A stretch of DNA of 64,000 nt from Lama guanicoe (lineage: Eukaryota), in contig MU054323.1 of the NCBI GenBank assembly GCA_013239625.1, positions 18,308,819-18,372,818 of the forward strand, given 5' to 3'. Below the pieces are notes generated by a model, which saw only the letters and a program-made list of their open reading frames with translations, did no database searches and was not told where the DNA came from. The position numbers were made by a program, and so were the translations under genes. Below are positions 35,305 to 50,314 of the stretch, piece after piece (the stretch's first letter is position 1; every line of letters starts with the position of its first letter).

Positions 35305-38300
35305 AGACTACTGCCCCTGTTCATGTGAAACATGTAAGTTGACAGAATGAACAAGTTTGTAGCAGCAAGTTTACGTCATGAGCCCTTTTTCACTAAAAAC
35401 AATTAAAATAATACAAATTGCTTTCAGATAATTTGTGTTATTTTTCTTAAAGTGTTTTTTCTGCTTATTAATATAATACTTGTTCACTGTTGTGAATATG
35501 ACCCATGCAGAAATGAAGGCATAGAAATAAAAATCATCCATAAGCCTGCTACTAGAGATCACCATTTAACTTTTAAAAATGTTTGCTTTTAGCTTTTAAA
35601 ATACACAGTTGCATAATTTGGACCACACTATGTGTGTATCTAAGTGTGGGTGTGTATAAATAAAATTTGATGTCATGATTTTTCACTTCATGTTGTATTT
35701 TGGACATTTCCCATGACATAAAAAAATACATAAAATCTCCTTTTAAATGGCACAAGATGTTCCATGAAATGTCTTTACAATAATGTAACTAACTATATCT
35801 TTATAGATATATGTAATAATGGATTATAATAATGGATTGTGGGCCATTTTTTCTCTCTACTATTCCTATCTAAATAGACTGACCTATAATTTATGGGGGG
35901 GGGATAACTAAAACAAGCCAAAAATGCTTTCTTGCAGATGGGCTTCTGGGATTAGATATCTGAGAGGTGAATGCTGCTTTTTCCTACAGTCCTCTTTACA
36001 TGCTTGGGCCCCATCCCAGACTCCTAACCTAGGTGGTACCTTCTTTTCCTCCTTCTGTTGGTCTTTATTGAAATTCTTGTCTGAATTCTACTCTATGGAG
36101 AATGTGTACATCCTTTTTGAAAAGGAGAAATTCTCTCCTTGGTCATTACTAACCTTTTGGCTGATTTTGCTGAAAAATTCTTCAAGAATTATTTGCCAAT
36201 GTCATTCCACTAGAAGGCCATTCTGGCCACCTGGCTAAGTGTCTGCTGATTCTGTAACAGAGAGTTCCTCATGCTAAATCACACGCAAACACCAGTGATT
36301 AGTGTCCGTCTACTAATCACCCATTCCCAAGTTTGTCATCAAAATAGCATTAGTCATTTTCCTCTCAAATTCAGCCGTTCCTTTCCCAAACACTTCACTC
36401 TCCAGTCCAGAACAGTCTCTTACTCCTTGGTCATAGAAATCTCCCTGTTCACCTCTCATCTGAGCAAACTGAGATGCACTGTAATTGGACAACACCTCAA
36501 AGCTAGTGGATGCCAGAATCAGAATTAAAACTCATCTCCAAAACTGGAAATCCACACCTGGTATTCATTCATTTACTCTTCAATTTTCCTAGTCTTTTTC
36601 TTCTCGGGTGCTGCTGAAATCCAATTCACCACCCTTCATAGAATATCTTTCCTTTCGCTCTCTTTATTAACGAAGTAAAAACTGATGCTGATAACAGAAG
36701 GCACTGCATGGTTTTCTTTGTTAACTCACTGCCTTTTCATCATTGTCTGTCCTGCTGATGGATGCTTTATAAATTAATGGCCCATACAACGGAAACAACA
36801 TGGACTTCTTTTGCTAAGAATGGCTGAACAGAATTATGACCTGGTGAGTCTTTGATGGGACAAGAACACCCCCAGAAACATTAAATAAAGAATGAATAAA
36901 AGCCAACCCATGTCTTACTTGTATCCCAAGTCTTCTGGGCACCACATTTAGCAGGTGTCCATCTTTGCATTTGTCTCTTCCTCCTTCTTTCGTCAAGAGT
37001 CACGGGGCGCCCCTATCAACCACTAGATAAGGGACCTGATGATCTATTTGCACTGAGATGAGAATAGTCAATAATCGTGTGCACTTTTTCCATTTAAAAT
37101 ATACTTCTAATTTTGAAGAGACCCCATTTTCTTAATTCAAAGGGAGTAATTATGGAAGAAATTAGCTTTGCCACAATGCCGCAAGCCTGTAATTGCTCCA
37201 AGTAGTGTGCCTCTATGTGGCGAAATACTTCCTGAGTGTCTAATCACAAACAGATAAAAATTAAAACCGATGTAAACTAGGAATCAAGTTATTACCAGCA
37301 AAGTATCAAGGGCCTCAATATGCCCCCTGCTTTCTGCGGATGCTTTATACTCTGCAAAACACAATGACTCACTGACTGTGGACTCGCACTGAACTTCGCA
37401 GGGCCACATTTATTTGGATGTTTTAATCTTTTCCAGGTATTCCACTTAGTTTAAAACCGCACCAGCCAGTGAGATTTGGAGCTCATATTCTTAATAGAAG
37501 GGACCCAAGGCACTCTATAGGTAATCATCACGGAGAAAATCAGCAAGAAGACAATTAAGCTTCTGATTGATACCAGCAATTTAAAGCTCAAAATCAAAAT
37601 TAACCAAGAGCAGAATGGAGTTTATTGGCTTTGAACTGAAAATGTGTTTGGGTTCCCCCTACCCCGCTCCCTTTTATGTTTCTTGCTGGTAGTGGAAGTT
37701 TTCCCCAGTTAGACTTTATAGGACCAGAGCAGGTTTACAGAATGCAAATGATGACACTGTTTAACAAAACTAAACCACTAGACCAAACATAGTGATAAAG
37801 TACTTGGGGAGCAATTTGGGGATTAATTACAGGGATCTGGCTGATGAGCTGCATTTAAAGTACACATTGATTATAGGGGAAAATCTATAAGTAGGCTTTG
37901 TGTACTTTTTTTTTGATTTTTGATTTTGTTATGGATTGTATGCAGTCCCAGTTAGGGCTCAAAAAGCAAATCCTCGCCATTATATCAGCTTTTGATGCAG
38001 ACATAATCTTCTCATAGGGAAAGCTTACTGTTTTCAGGATTTGTGCTATGAATTCTCTATTTTTAACTTCTCTAGAAAGTCTGCACTTTTTGTTCAGAGA
38101 ATCTGGTAGGTAGACGGGACATAAAAGACATCTAAATTTTTATTCACAACATAGATTTATAGCTTTTAGCTGTAAATAGAGCTATAAGTATACAGAAAAA
38201 TATAAACATATTTATATAAAGATACAATAGTTTTTAGCAGCATGACCTTGTTCAAGTCACTTTCTCTCTCCAAACTTCAGTTTCATCAAATGTAAAATGA

Positions 38301-38711
38301 GCATTGACATGAAAAACAAATGAAATAATGTCTATGAAAAAAACTTTTTACACTGAAGCAATTTCAAATGTAAGGTGCTACTGTAATCTTTCCATTTTTG
38401 CAAATGAGGGAAGTTAGGTCACTTGATTATAACCATCTTTCCACTTATGGCTTCTTCAGCTCCACTCTAAAATATGTACAGAATATGTACAGTGTATGAA
38501 CATTAATTTTCCAATATTCATTTTTGGAAAATAGAAGTTTATTGTGTGAACAGAAAGGTTGTAATATCGGACACCTATCCACGATCTCCTTTCAGAGTTC
38601 TATTTAATGTTTACGTAACTAAAACTTACAATTTATAGCAGCATATACAGCATATAAGTTGACTGCTAGAACATGAAATAAATATTTATTAAGATACAGT
38701 CCTGCTGGATT

Positions 38712-38868
38712 TTTTTAAAATTTTATCTTTATGTATTTTTGTTATTTTAAAAAATTTTGTTGGGAGGCAGGTAATCATGTTTATTTATTTATTTTTTAAT
38801 GGAGGCCCTGGGGATTGAACCCAGGACCTCATGCATGCTAGGGTACTCTACCACTGAGCTACACTCCC
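38712..38868 (-). mobile_element. tRNA-Ala-derived SINE (Vic-1-like)
   Basis: ggggattgaacccaggacctcatgcatgcta...accactgagcta; flanking gctggatttt / gttggatttt. Confidence 0.88.
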
Positions 38869-41800
38869 GTTGGATTTTAACACACTATGTGTGCTTCTTA
38901 AGGAAGGGCCAAGATACCTGGTCAGGCACATGTCAGATTCCTATGGCATGTTGTTTTGTCTGGCCATTCCATAAACCTTTACCCAGTATCCAACCACGTG
39001 TTAGGCCCTCATGAGGTGTCAGGAATAAAAACAGGAATACAAATCCACAGCTTTGATGAGTGACAGGCATGTAAACCAAAGACTGCCCACCTCCACAAGT
39101 GTTAAATATACGTATGGGCTCTGTGCTGTGGGAGCTCAAAGGGTGGGGAACTTACCAGTGGCAGGAATAATTGGACTGGGTCTGGAAGAAAGAGTAGAGC
39201 TTTGTCAAGCAGAAATTCAGTGAAGGCTTAAAGACAAAAGAAGAAAAAACAACTTGCTGCAAATAATGGCCGTGCACGTTGGTGGAGCGTGAGATGCTGT
39301 CTGGCTCCCGCTTCCCACGAACGTTTACATGGAGGACGGTTGGTGGGAGGTGTATCCAGAAAGGGAGACTGGGGTCAGCAGAAATATTAAGTCACGTGGG
39401 CACAGTTCAGTAATAAAGAGCCAAAGAGCCTTTTTGACTATGGACTGCCATGATCAATTTTGACCTTCAGGATAATCAATCTAATTCTGGGATAAAGCCT
39501 GTGTTGTAGAAGAAGGGAAAGAAAGTAAAGGAGAGGGACAGGGAAACAGCCATGGAGAAAATGCTCTCCCCTGGACAGGCGAAGCCCGAAGCCCCTGTGG
39601 GAATATCCAGCCAGAGACCCATCCGGCAGCACGTTCTGAGAAAGCATTCGGCTCCCGGCCTCCAGTAAACTTCTGTCAAAGCTGAAAAAATTAGAGAGAC
39701 CTTGATTTCCTACTTTAATTTCTTTTCTGAAACTTCACCTTCTTGAAAACATGTCTGTGGGTTAGAGCAAACAAAGGGAAATTCCATGAAATGGTCTCTT
39801 GGAGTTCCTCCTTTTGCCTGCAACATCAATTTCTTACAGCAAGACGGAGGCGGTAAAATGCAACTTGTGCTGGAGAAAACATCATCAAATTGTTGACACT
39901 GATCTGAGTTTCATGAACAGAAAACCTAATTATCTACCATCAGTTCAGGTCTGAACACGTATTTCATGTTATTTTTATCAACTGTGAGTGGTTTTGGCCA
40001 GCCTTGTGACAAAATGCCATCTAGAAGTATACATTAAGTTTTTAAATGGAACTATCAAAAAACCGAAGTCTCAGGTTTATGAGCTCCGTGGAAAATTGCT
40101 ATCACATTATACTATCTTAAATAGTATTGGCAGGAGGAGTGGTGAGAGAATATAACCAAAATGATGTAATGAAATGGAAATTTACAGGTTGGGATATGGG
40201 AAAGGGTGAAGATAGTACCATTCTCCTGATACAGTGAGAGGTCCCCGAGAAAAGTGAATCTCAGCAGTGTGTGTGTGTGTGTGTGGAGAGCAAGAGAGAG
40301 ACAGAAAACAGAAGGAGCAAAGTGTCTTGACGTCTATGATGAGAAAGAGCAATTTACTACAGGCGGCAAATGAAATGTAAAAGGATTGGAGGCGTGAATA
40401 AAATGGCATCTGTTCTTTGCATGTCTTCGTGTTAGTCAGACAGGAGCAGGGAGAGGTTGAAGGCAAAGAGACAACGAAGGTTCGGCTGTAACAGTGGGTG
40501 TTATGTTCGAGGGCCAGGCCTGACTCATCACGGATGAAGTGGACTGGGGAGAGGACGGGACTGGAAGGTGATCTGTCCACTGGACTAGAGCAGGGTGTGG
40601 CTGTACAAGGCCACCAAAGGTGGAGGAGGTCCATTCCAAAGCAGGGAAACACAGCTCCCAGAAACTGTGGAACTACATGCTGGATGGGAGCCAGGTAAGC
40701 CACTGAGTCAGATGGGCAAGAAAGCATGGAAATGCGTGATGTGGACTTGAGGATAAAGCATCACCAAGAGTTCCAAGGACAAAGGGCTGCATACAACATT
40801 GTGTAGCAGAACCCTGTCCTCACCTGGGAGAGGCACCAAGCCTCCAAGGGAACTTAGTACAGGAAGGATACGTCTTCATTTAGGATAAACTAAAGTCATG
40901 AAATCAAGACAGGAAGGCAGAGACCAGAGAGGAAATCAAACCTGACTTTCAGATCGGTTTTAGAAATCTAGAAGTTTACTATTTTTATTCCCCCTGAGTG
41001 CCTAGAAAACATAGGATGCACAGCAATTCCATAGTGTTTGGTCTGGACTATTGGAGGACAGGTCAGAATCTGATGGTCAACAAGCTTATTGTGATGCTGA
41101 GGCCCAGAGGGTTAGGCTAGTGTTTCTGAAATCCGTCTTACTTAAGATCAGGGTAGAATGGGGAGGAGACAGTTGATTGGAGTCAGTTTGGGTTTGTGGA
41201 GAACCAGAAGAAAGGGATAAGGCTGAGAAAGTATTTGGAGAAAAAAAATCACAGCCACCACAACTCCTTTTCCTTGGGCTCTTTCTACCTGCTTCTTCCC
41301 AAACATCTTCTGATGGTGGTTATATCTTTCTTTAAGACAATCTATAACTATAGGATATTTAAGTAAATGGTGTTTCCTAAGCGCTAGAGGTAGCTAACTT
41401 CATGATATGGAACGTTAAGGAATTTTGTGGGGAGAAGATAATAAGTTTTAGTCCAGATATATTTAATCCAAGCCATGATGGGCAATGTCTTAAAGAATGT
41501 ATGGAATATGGGTTTTCAGTAAAGATGAAGTGTCTAGATGAGAAGTCTCTATATATTTGTCATGCATATTGAGATGGAAATTGAAGTCATTAATGCGAGC
41601 TGCTAGATTTTCTCCAGAGGAGTGACTTTAGAAGGAAAAAGCAAGAAATACAAACCCCTACACTACATACTTCTGGTAACAGTGTGAAAAATAGGAAAGA
41701 GACAGACAAACAGACCAAGGCATCAATTACCACAGGAATTCTAAGAAATTGCTGGGTCCTTGAAGCTTAGGACAGGATGTCCTTTAACTTGAAGAGGGAG

Positions 41801-43914
41801 GCTGTAAATGACAAAGTCAGAAGACACACAATTATAGAGAAAAAAAGAGTTCATGATTTGGGCCAAGAGAAGACTATTGGAAATAAAGACAAAGAGATGA
41901 TTTACGCAGCAATTTGATGGGAGACAAGGGAAGATTTTGCGGTAGTAATGTTGTTGGCGGTGTACTGAAAAAGAAAGTGAGTGAGATGGCATGTAGCAGG
42001 GGAAAGTCATAATGAATGGTGACTATCCTGAGAAGTGAGCTGAGAAAACTTAAGCACGGAGTAAAACTTAAGAAGCAGATTCTTAGTGAGAACAAGACTC
42101 TTGGCATCATGAGAAGTCAGATTCTGAACTTGTGAGTCTTGAGGTTTATTGAAGGAATATAATAACAGACCTATGGTTCCTCCAATCCAGCTACTCTGAT
42201 GCACCAGACTTTCCTGCAGAGCTTTAAAAAATATATATAGATTTCTGTTCCTTATTGTAGAATCAGAACCTTGGATGTGTAGGTGAAGGGTGCCTGGGGG
42301 AATCTACAATCTGAAAAAGCTCCCCTAGTAATTCTAAGACAATGAGCCATCAATTGGCACTAGGAAAATGTTTCACTAGTCTCAACAGCAAATATCATTA
42401 AAAGCAGGGTCTTAAAAAAACCATCTCCCGTATCTGTCTCACTCCCCACATTTAAACAGTTTATGAAATGTATCCTTTTCCATAACACTTTCCTAGATTG
42501 ATCAGATATCATATCGTCTGTAGCTAAAAGCAAAAGGTGGTTCTTTGTGACCCTTGAGGATACTGCCCATTTTAGCATGGCAGGTAAATTTTCCATCAAG
42601 TCTATTCTCGGTACATTGATTAGTGCTAAAAATTCATAAATAAGCTCTTAGAATTACAAAGTCTGTGAAGCACTCGGCAGAGGACGGTATTCTTTATGGT
42701 AGATTGATTTGTTCTGCAGCCTGTGTGACTGTCCGTTAGAAGACCTCATGCAGATGCTCCTGTATGTATCTCATACATCAGTGGCTGCAAAGAAAATGAA
42801 CCCTGGCATTTATTACTGTGGAATTGGACCAGGTTTGTCTGGCGCTACTCCATGCAAAGTCATTTGCCCCAGTTCCTATTTGGGGGCCAGATAAAATAAT
42901 TGTCAGTGTGTTTCAATAGTGACATCCTTCCTGATAAATTTAGCATTTACCGAGGGATCCACTTTCCTTGCATGTGGGTAACTGTGCTATTTTCTCTGAG
43001 CCCAGAGATTATGGGCAGAAATGACAGCTGGTGCCTCAGGATGGAGCTATAATTTTATGGTGCAGCGTCTAAAGCTGGAAATGGAACTAGTAAACCACAA
43101 ATGCTAAAGACTTTATGAGGAGAAATGTTCCTTAGGAAGTACATGCCAATTTCTGAGCCATCAATGATTTCTTAACATCCATGCTGAGTTTTATGAATAA
43201 AACAGCCCAGGAAATGCATTTTTTAATGAAGCAGAGAGTTATGATAAAATGAGGCGCTTTCCCTCTTTAGCAAGAGACCTGTCTCTCATACCCACCTCTG
43301 GATTGTACACTCAGTCTCTGGTGGACATGTTCTTGGGTTCACGTCCATTTCCCAAACTCTTTTGTAAACAAGGTCTGTCCAGCAATACTGAGTATTCAGA
43401 GTGAAACTGATTGCATCCAAGACTCTTTCCTGTTTGGAACTTTTCTCATCCTGCTCCATCCCTCCCCCCCCCCCTCCTCGCAAGTGGTATTATCTTTGAG
43501 ATTCAAGACCAGATCTGTTGCTCAAGTTCCAGGAGAGAATGATTGCCCAAGAATGCTCCCTGGGGATGGCTTTTGTGGAGGAAAGACAGTGCCTCCCCCC
43601 TGTATTGTTAGTTCTCTCAGTTGCCTTTAGTGCCAAACTGAACAGAGGTCAGAAGGACTCCCATGAATGCCTGTCAGAATTAGCCAGGTGGAGAGAAGCA
43701 GAGGACCGAGGAGTTTCGGTCAGCTCCAAACTTCCACAAAGACCTACCAAGTCTAGTCATGCCTTTGGGCAGAAGGAAATATTGGGGATCTCTGAGCCTA
43801 CTTCTCTGTAAAATATGCAAGATGGAATTATATCCCTAAATTTATTTCTACCTTAATTTTAAAAGGTTGGGTATATATTAACTTCTCAAATGAATTTGTG
43901 GTGGTCTCTTCCTT

Positions 43915-44225
43915 TATTTTTTTAAACACCTTTATTGTGGCATGGTTCCTGTACAGTAAACTACACATATTTCAGATGCACAATTTGATTAATTTTTATG
44001 GATGTATACACCCATGAAACCACCACCACAATCAAGATAGCTAACTTTCCCATCATTCCCCAAGAAGTGCAATTTTTGAATTCCCAATTTATCCCTTCCC
44101 ACCCCCTTTACCCCCTTGTAACCATAAGTTTGTTCTCCATGTCTGTGAGTCTGTTCTGTTTTGTAGATAAGTTCATTTGTGTCCTTTTTTAAAGATTCCA
44201 CATATAAACGCTATCATATGGCATT
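43915..44225 (-). mobile_element. Old L1 3' end joined to a younger L1 3'UTR fragment
   Basis: cccatgaaaccaccaccacaatcaagatag followed by tcccaatttatcccttcc...gattccacatataa. Confidence 0.8.
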
Positions 44226-45084
44226 TATTTTATGGTAGTTTCAACAAAATATATAAATACATGGGTAAACATGGGTAAAACATAGGAATTCAAAATAGAG
44301 GGGGAGTTAGTGGTAGGGAAGATATCGGTAGCAAAAACCCTCTTCACTTGGGAAACAGCTGCGTTTGGAGTGGAGCATTAGTCTCGTGCACGCCAGCTTA
44401 ATTGGCTGGATGTTTTTCAGGGAATGTTACTCACCAGAATTCTTATTTGCATTTCCTTTGCCTAGAAGATGATATATAAATATCAACACGAGATGTTTAT
44501 GTACCGTGATGTCTGAAATGCCCCAAACACTTGGTGTCATGTCTAACTCACTCACGAAGTGCTATAAAATATTTCAAGTATTATTAATTTCGTTGGCTAT
44601 GAGAAAATCATTTATTGATTTTTTTTAAAGACTGCATTTAGTAAAACCAACCCAGAGTGTCAATATGGATTGTAATCCACAGTGAAAAAAAAAAATCCAC
44701 AGTGGTGTGAAACACAAGGAGAATAAACCGCCAAGTCAGAGGCCTCGGCATTAGATCTACTCTCCAGTTGTACCCAAAACGTATTTGGAAGCATGTTAAT
44801 GAGGACACTGCCGTGACACTGAGGAGGGTCCCTGTTTAGGCACTAACTGCCCTGAAGAGTAACTCTAAAATGAGTTCCCAGGCTTTCATTATGATGCTCA
44901 AACTCACATCAACTGTCAGTCCTTCTTACTATGGAGATGAAGTTTAGGGGATTTCTCTGTGCTCAATGCTTCGAGCTTCCATAGGAATTACAGTTCTATG
45001 GAAAGTCAACTGAAGGAAAAAAAACCCAAAGGACTTGAACGAGGATCTGTTTAAGGGTCCATAACATGATTCTGAATTATGTTT

Positions 45085-45492
45085 CTTTTTTCAATGGAAA
45101 TACAGTTGATTTACAATGTTGTGTTAGTTTCTGGTATACAGTTTAGTGATTCAGTTATACACATATATTCTTTTGCATTATAGGTTATTATAAGATATTG
45201 AATGCAGTTCCCTGTGCTATACATTAGGACCTTGTTGTTTATCTATTTTATATATAGTAGTTTGAATCTGCTAATCCCAAACTCCCAATTTATCCCTTTC
45301 CCTGCCCTTCCCCTTTGGTGACCATAAGTTTGTCTTCTATGTCTGTGAGTCAGTCTCCTTCTGTTTTGTAAATAAGTTCATTTGTACCTTTTTTGTTAGG
45401 TTCCACAGGTAAGTGATATCATATGATACTTGCCTTTCTCTGTCTGACTTACTTCACTTAGTATGATAATTTCTAGGTCCATCCATGTTGTT
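45085..45492 (-). mobile_element. L1 3'UTR fragment
   Basis: gttgatttacaatgttgtgttagtttctgg...gacttacttcacttagtatgataat. Confidence 0.9.
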
Positions 45493-47284
45493 GCTGATTG
45501 TAAGTTTCTTGATGGTCAATTATATTTTATACGATTTATTTAAAAATTATATTTTAAAATTCACTGGTAATGCACTTAATAAATACAGAAATTGGCTGCT
45601 AACATAACAGAAAGTTGTTCAGTTTTAAAACTCCAAAAATTAACATGATCCCATTTCAAAGTGAGGCTACAAATATTTCTGTATTTTTAGTCATCAGATT
45701 CAGAATATATGGTGGTACCTACTCAGAATCCTAGAACACCGAGGAATCAAATAATATAATTTGCATTATACAGCTCTATGGCAGTGGTAGAAATGGAAAC
45801 CCACTACTCATTTTGGGAAGCTTGACGGCATTACCATTGGATCACTGGCTTGCTTAGGGGGAACCTGGAGTGCAGGGGCTGTGCGCTCTCCTGGAGTAGC
45901 ATTCCTCTAGACCAACAGATGACACTCTTGATCTATCACTGTCCAACTACCAAGAATTGACCTCCATAAGGATCATAGGTCTGTACTGTATCACAGGTGA
46001 TCAAAATGCTGGCAGCCAACAGGATTTGTTTTCTAAGGGATTGATACTGCTCCAGAATAATGATCAGACAACCAAGGAAGGCTTTAATGATTATGCAAAA
46101 TTCTTCTATGGTACAAATCCTTCTTTGCATAGCCCAGAACTTTTGAATTAGGATTCTGGAAGTAAGCAGAGCAAATTTTCCTATACCACTGGCCAGCAAA
46201 TGACATCCTCCTCAAAATTCCTCTCCTCATGTAGAAAAACACAACTGTAAAAACTCAGCCCCAGAGTTTGTGCATTTTGACACACGTTGCTGATTCTACA
46301 GGGTAACTGATCATTTGGAAATTGACAAGACTTACTTTAGGCTCTTGTTCTTAGTTCCAGTCTTAACAGGGGAAGTGGGAGAGAAATAAAGCATTTACTC
46401 ATCAATGGCCATATTTGGCAAAGGCAAGTCTCTCTCCCCCACCATTATCATTCATCCTGAAAGAGCTGTGGCACAGACCAGATGTCATTCCAATGTTAGA
46501 GTTACATTGTTTTCATAACAAAGTCAGCTTACATCACTCTTAAACAGATCGCACTAATGCTCCTCTGTATACTGTCATGGAGAGGATGAGCTAGATCTTT
46601 CCAGAGGGCTTGCCAAGCACAAACTAGAGGAGGAGCTAAGATTTTCTCAGGGCATTCCATAGCTGGCTCCCAGCCTACGTATCTCCAGATCTCTTTGCAG
46701 TGTATTTTAAGCCACTGCAACATAAGACACCCTCTCTAGTGATTTCTTTGATTCCTGGAGTAAATGACAGGTACTTCTTCTTGTGGTAGGTAGAAGATCT
46801 CATTGGCTGGAACTCTTTTCTTGCCTGTTTTCTTTTCCCTTCCTTCTTGGGCCCTAGTGACCTTGAATTAATTTAGGGTCCAGTGCTTAAGAGCATCATA
46901 AACACTATCTGATCCATTCAACATTTGGAACTTGTAAGATAACATTCCAATTTCTGAGTCAGAATCCATATGGACTCAGCACAAGGAGACCATTATTTTG
47001 GAAGGTTCGTTCCTCCTCTCTCCTTTATCTCTCCTGCAGTCCCCCTTGCTTTATCATCACTGTGGCCTTGATGATAGGTTTGGGGATCAAGAACTGCAGG
47101 CACTAACAGGAGTCAGCCTCAGATAGGTCAACCTCAGGGTAAAATGCCAGAAGAGGACATCCCTTGCTGACTGAGTCACTAAAACTCTTCAAACTACTAC
47201 AATAAGCCTATAGAAGGAAAGAACTCTTTTGGTTTTAGAGATTTTTCCTTTAATTGACCTCATACTTCTAATTATCTATAATAA

Positions 47285-47408
47285 TTTTTTAAATTTTAAT
47301 TAAAAAAATTTTTTAATTATTATTTTTCAGTGGAGATACCTAGGATTGAACCCAGAACCTAGCCATGCTAAGCATGGGCTCTATCACTGAGCTGTACCTC
47401 CAACCACC
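47285..47408 (-). mobile_element. tRNA-Ala-derived SINE (Vic-1-like)
   Basis: ggattgaacccagaacc...catgctaagcatg...cactgagctgtac; similar ctataat...ttttttaaa flanks. Confidence 0.85.
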
Positions 47409-50040
47409 TATAATTTTTTAAATGAAAGATTCGTATTGGAAAAAACAATCCACTTAGCTAGTTACCTATGACAAAACCAGTGACTGTGAACAAGGCTAGT
47501 GAAACATACTAATATGTTATTATTACAATGACAGCATATCTCTTTTGACAAATTCCCTCTCTTGTTTTATTCTCTCTCTTTTATTTTTCTTGTGCCTTTT
47601 AAGCAAAAAGAAAAAAGGGTCAAAGTAGGGTATAAATTATAAAACCAAAAAGTCACAAATATTACACCATTCTTGAATGGGGACCCCATTCTCTTAGAAA
47701 AAAAAGCAAAAAATTATCCATCAATAATATACTTCTCCTTCAAGATTACTATGACATGCAAGAGAAGGCCACCATTGTTTCTCATGGGTCTGATCATCAG
47801 TCTCTTATGACTGAGTCAAAGTATGATAAGTCAGGCTATAATCAGTGTTTCTTACTCATTGAAAGCTCTTTGGCTCTGGAACCAAACTAAAACTGAATTT
47901 ACTGATTTTTTTTTTTAGTGTAAATTTGAGATTCTCTATTCCTTGAAACCAGAGATTTTAAGGTAGGTATTTTACTTGGGGGAAGAAATGGGAATAAACT
48001 TGATCTAGATAATCAACTTTGGCAAAAATCATCTCCAGTTAAGAACCACAGATTCAGACTGAAAGTACAGGCACATTTCCACTTTCCCTGAAGGACTGCG
48101 TGATATTTTACTGAGCTTTGGCTCTGGAAATGCAAACTTAGAGGTTCCTGGATATTCTGATTTGAAGAAACTTATGCTGATATGGATCATGTAAAGCAAA
48201 GGAACACTCTGGAGCACGGAAAGCTGATTGGTCACAGGAAGTGCTGGATGTTTCATATATAAGCGTGGGTGTATGCCCCAGACCTTTTTCTGGTCTATTC
48301 TCCTTAGAGGAGGGGTTTTTAGAGATTACATCAGCACCATGCAAAGAGCAAAGGATGGGCATGAACCCAATGTCGTCAACTCAGTGCGTAGTCAGGCGAA
48401 CACGTCCAAGTGTTTCAAGTTCTCACTGGGATCTGACTGCGTTCACTTTCTGGTGCTATTCTCCCCACCTCAAGCATCCTTCTTCAGCGTCTTTGCGTGT
48501 CCAAAGCCCACTCAGTCCTTTAAGATACAGCTATAAGGCCAACTCCTCCACACAGCCATCTCTGATTCATCATACAAAAATACTCCTTTCTAATCTGAAT
48601 TTACCATCACACCTTTCTTGTAAATTCACATGGCCTATACCACTTTCTGATTTACAGGGTGAGTTTGTTCCTGCCTGATCACCAGTAAGGGATTATAAAT
48701 GCTTTGAGAACAAAATCTCTGTCTGCTTCACTTCGCATTTCTAAAGAGAAGGGAACACAATCAAGAAATATTTACTGAATCAGAATATGTAATAATGGCT
48801 ATATATCTAAATATTTTTTTCTTCTGGGCCAATACCACTCCCCCTACTCTAAAAAAGTGTTTGCAGAAAGCACTGAGACCGACAACACAAACTTAGCAGG
48901 GTTTAGAGGCCCACCGGAGCTAAACTGGACACCCACTCAAGCCAGAAGCAGCTCACCTCATGGAGTCAAAGGACTCATGGCTCCAGACAATCAACATGTC
49001 ACTTCATTAAAAAGTCACTGTTCATGAACTGCAGTTACCCTTTGGTTTGAAACCAGGTGATCATGACTAAGAAACTGTCTCTAGGCCCAAATAGAGTATC
49101 TTGCTGGTTCTGCAGGAAGCTAATGCCAACCCGAGGGGCACCTACATAAGACACTTTAGGCACGCTTTAAAGAGTGTTCCTGTAATGAGACGAGGGAGCT
49201 GACTGGCTACGTTAAAGCACTCGGCGACCTCACAGCCATGCTCTGCTTGAAGCCCACTCGGACAATCACATGGGAATGTTGCATTTATGCCAACTCCTCA
49301 CGTTCCATAAAACAAAAGAACACCTTTAGGTTGCCTTCCCTCATTCTCCCTAACTGAGTGCCACTTTGCCCAGGCCTCCTTAGGCATGTTTACTTGCAAT
49401 TCCTTCTAAATGTCACTTATTAGAAACTCTGCATTCCTGATCCTGGGGGTAATAACCTGGAGACACATCTTTCATTAGCAAATGGAAAGAGGCTTACAGT
49501 AAATCCAGAGATAAACAAATTAAAGGTCATAAAAGATGGGAGTAGTTTACAGCTACAGAACTTTTCTGTACTGTATTTAGAAATCAGGCATTCTGGTCCC
49601 CCAGAACATGACACTGTCGTTGGCTCTTTCCATCTACCCCAGTTTGACTGCCAGCGAAACCTAGATAGAAAATGTGCCACATCTATGAGCTATTTCTAAA
49701 TCCCTGGACTCAAAAAATGCCATCCGTAGCATGCCTACAACCAAGGCTTCTATTAGTTGTCCAAGAGACCTGCAAGAATCAGAGGTGTCTTAGCCAAAAA
49801 TACTAATTACAACATCTGGAGAACACTAATAGAATAATAAAATGGGAAAAGATGAACAAATTCAGTGCTGCTCATGGGGGAGTTTCCTTTAATCTAGGTT
49901 CCAACATCCTAACACGGTGGGGGTTCAAAACACTTTTACAAACCGAGTTTAAGAGAGGAAGGAAAAAAATGGAGAAACATCTGTGTGTTCTTTAGATGAC
50001 ATTTGAAACACGGTTACACGCTTTTAAAAACTATTTCTTG

Positions 50041-50314
50041 ACTCACAGACATAGAATACAAACTTGTGGTTGCCAAGGGGGTGGGGGGTGGGAAGAGACA
50101 GACTGGGATTTCAAAGTTGTAGAACAGATAAACAAGATTGTACTGCATAGCACAGGGAAATCAAGATCTTATAGTAGCTCACAGAGAAAAAAATGTGACA
50201 ATGAATACAGATACGTTCATGTATAACTGAAAAATTGTGCTCTACACTGGAATTTGACACAACATTGTGAAATGATTATAAATCAATAAAAAATGTTAAA
50301 AAATAAATAAAAAT
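50041..50314 (+). mobile_element. Young 5'-truncated L1 with perfect TSD
   Basis: TSD AAAAACTATTTCTTG at 50026-50040 and 50315-50329 at a TT|AAAA endonuclease site. Confidence 0.93.

Noticed and set aside
19769..38066. Scattered MEF2-like matches (19769, 32543, 38057)
   Set aside because: Isolated matches are expected by chance in AT-rich sequence.
40182..40727. Longest ORF (181 aa, - strand)
   Set aside because: No recognisable domain, runs through a CA repeat, and its length is compatible with chance.
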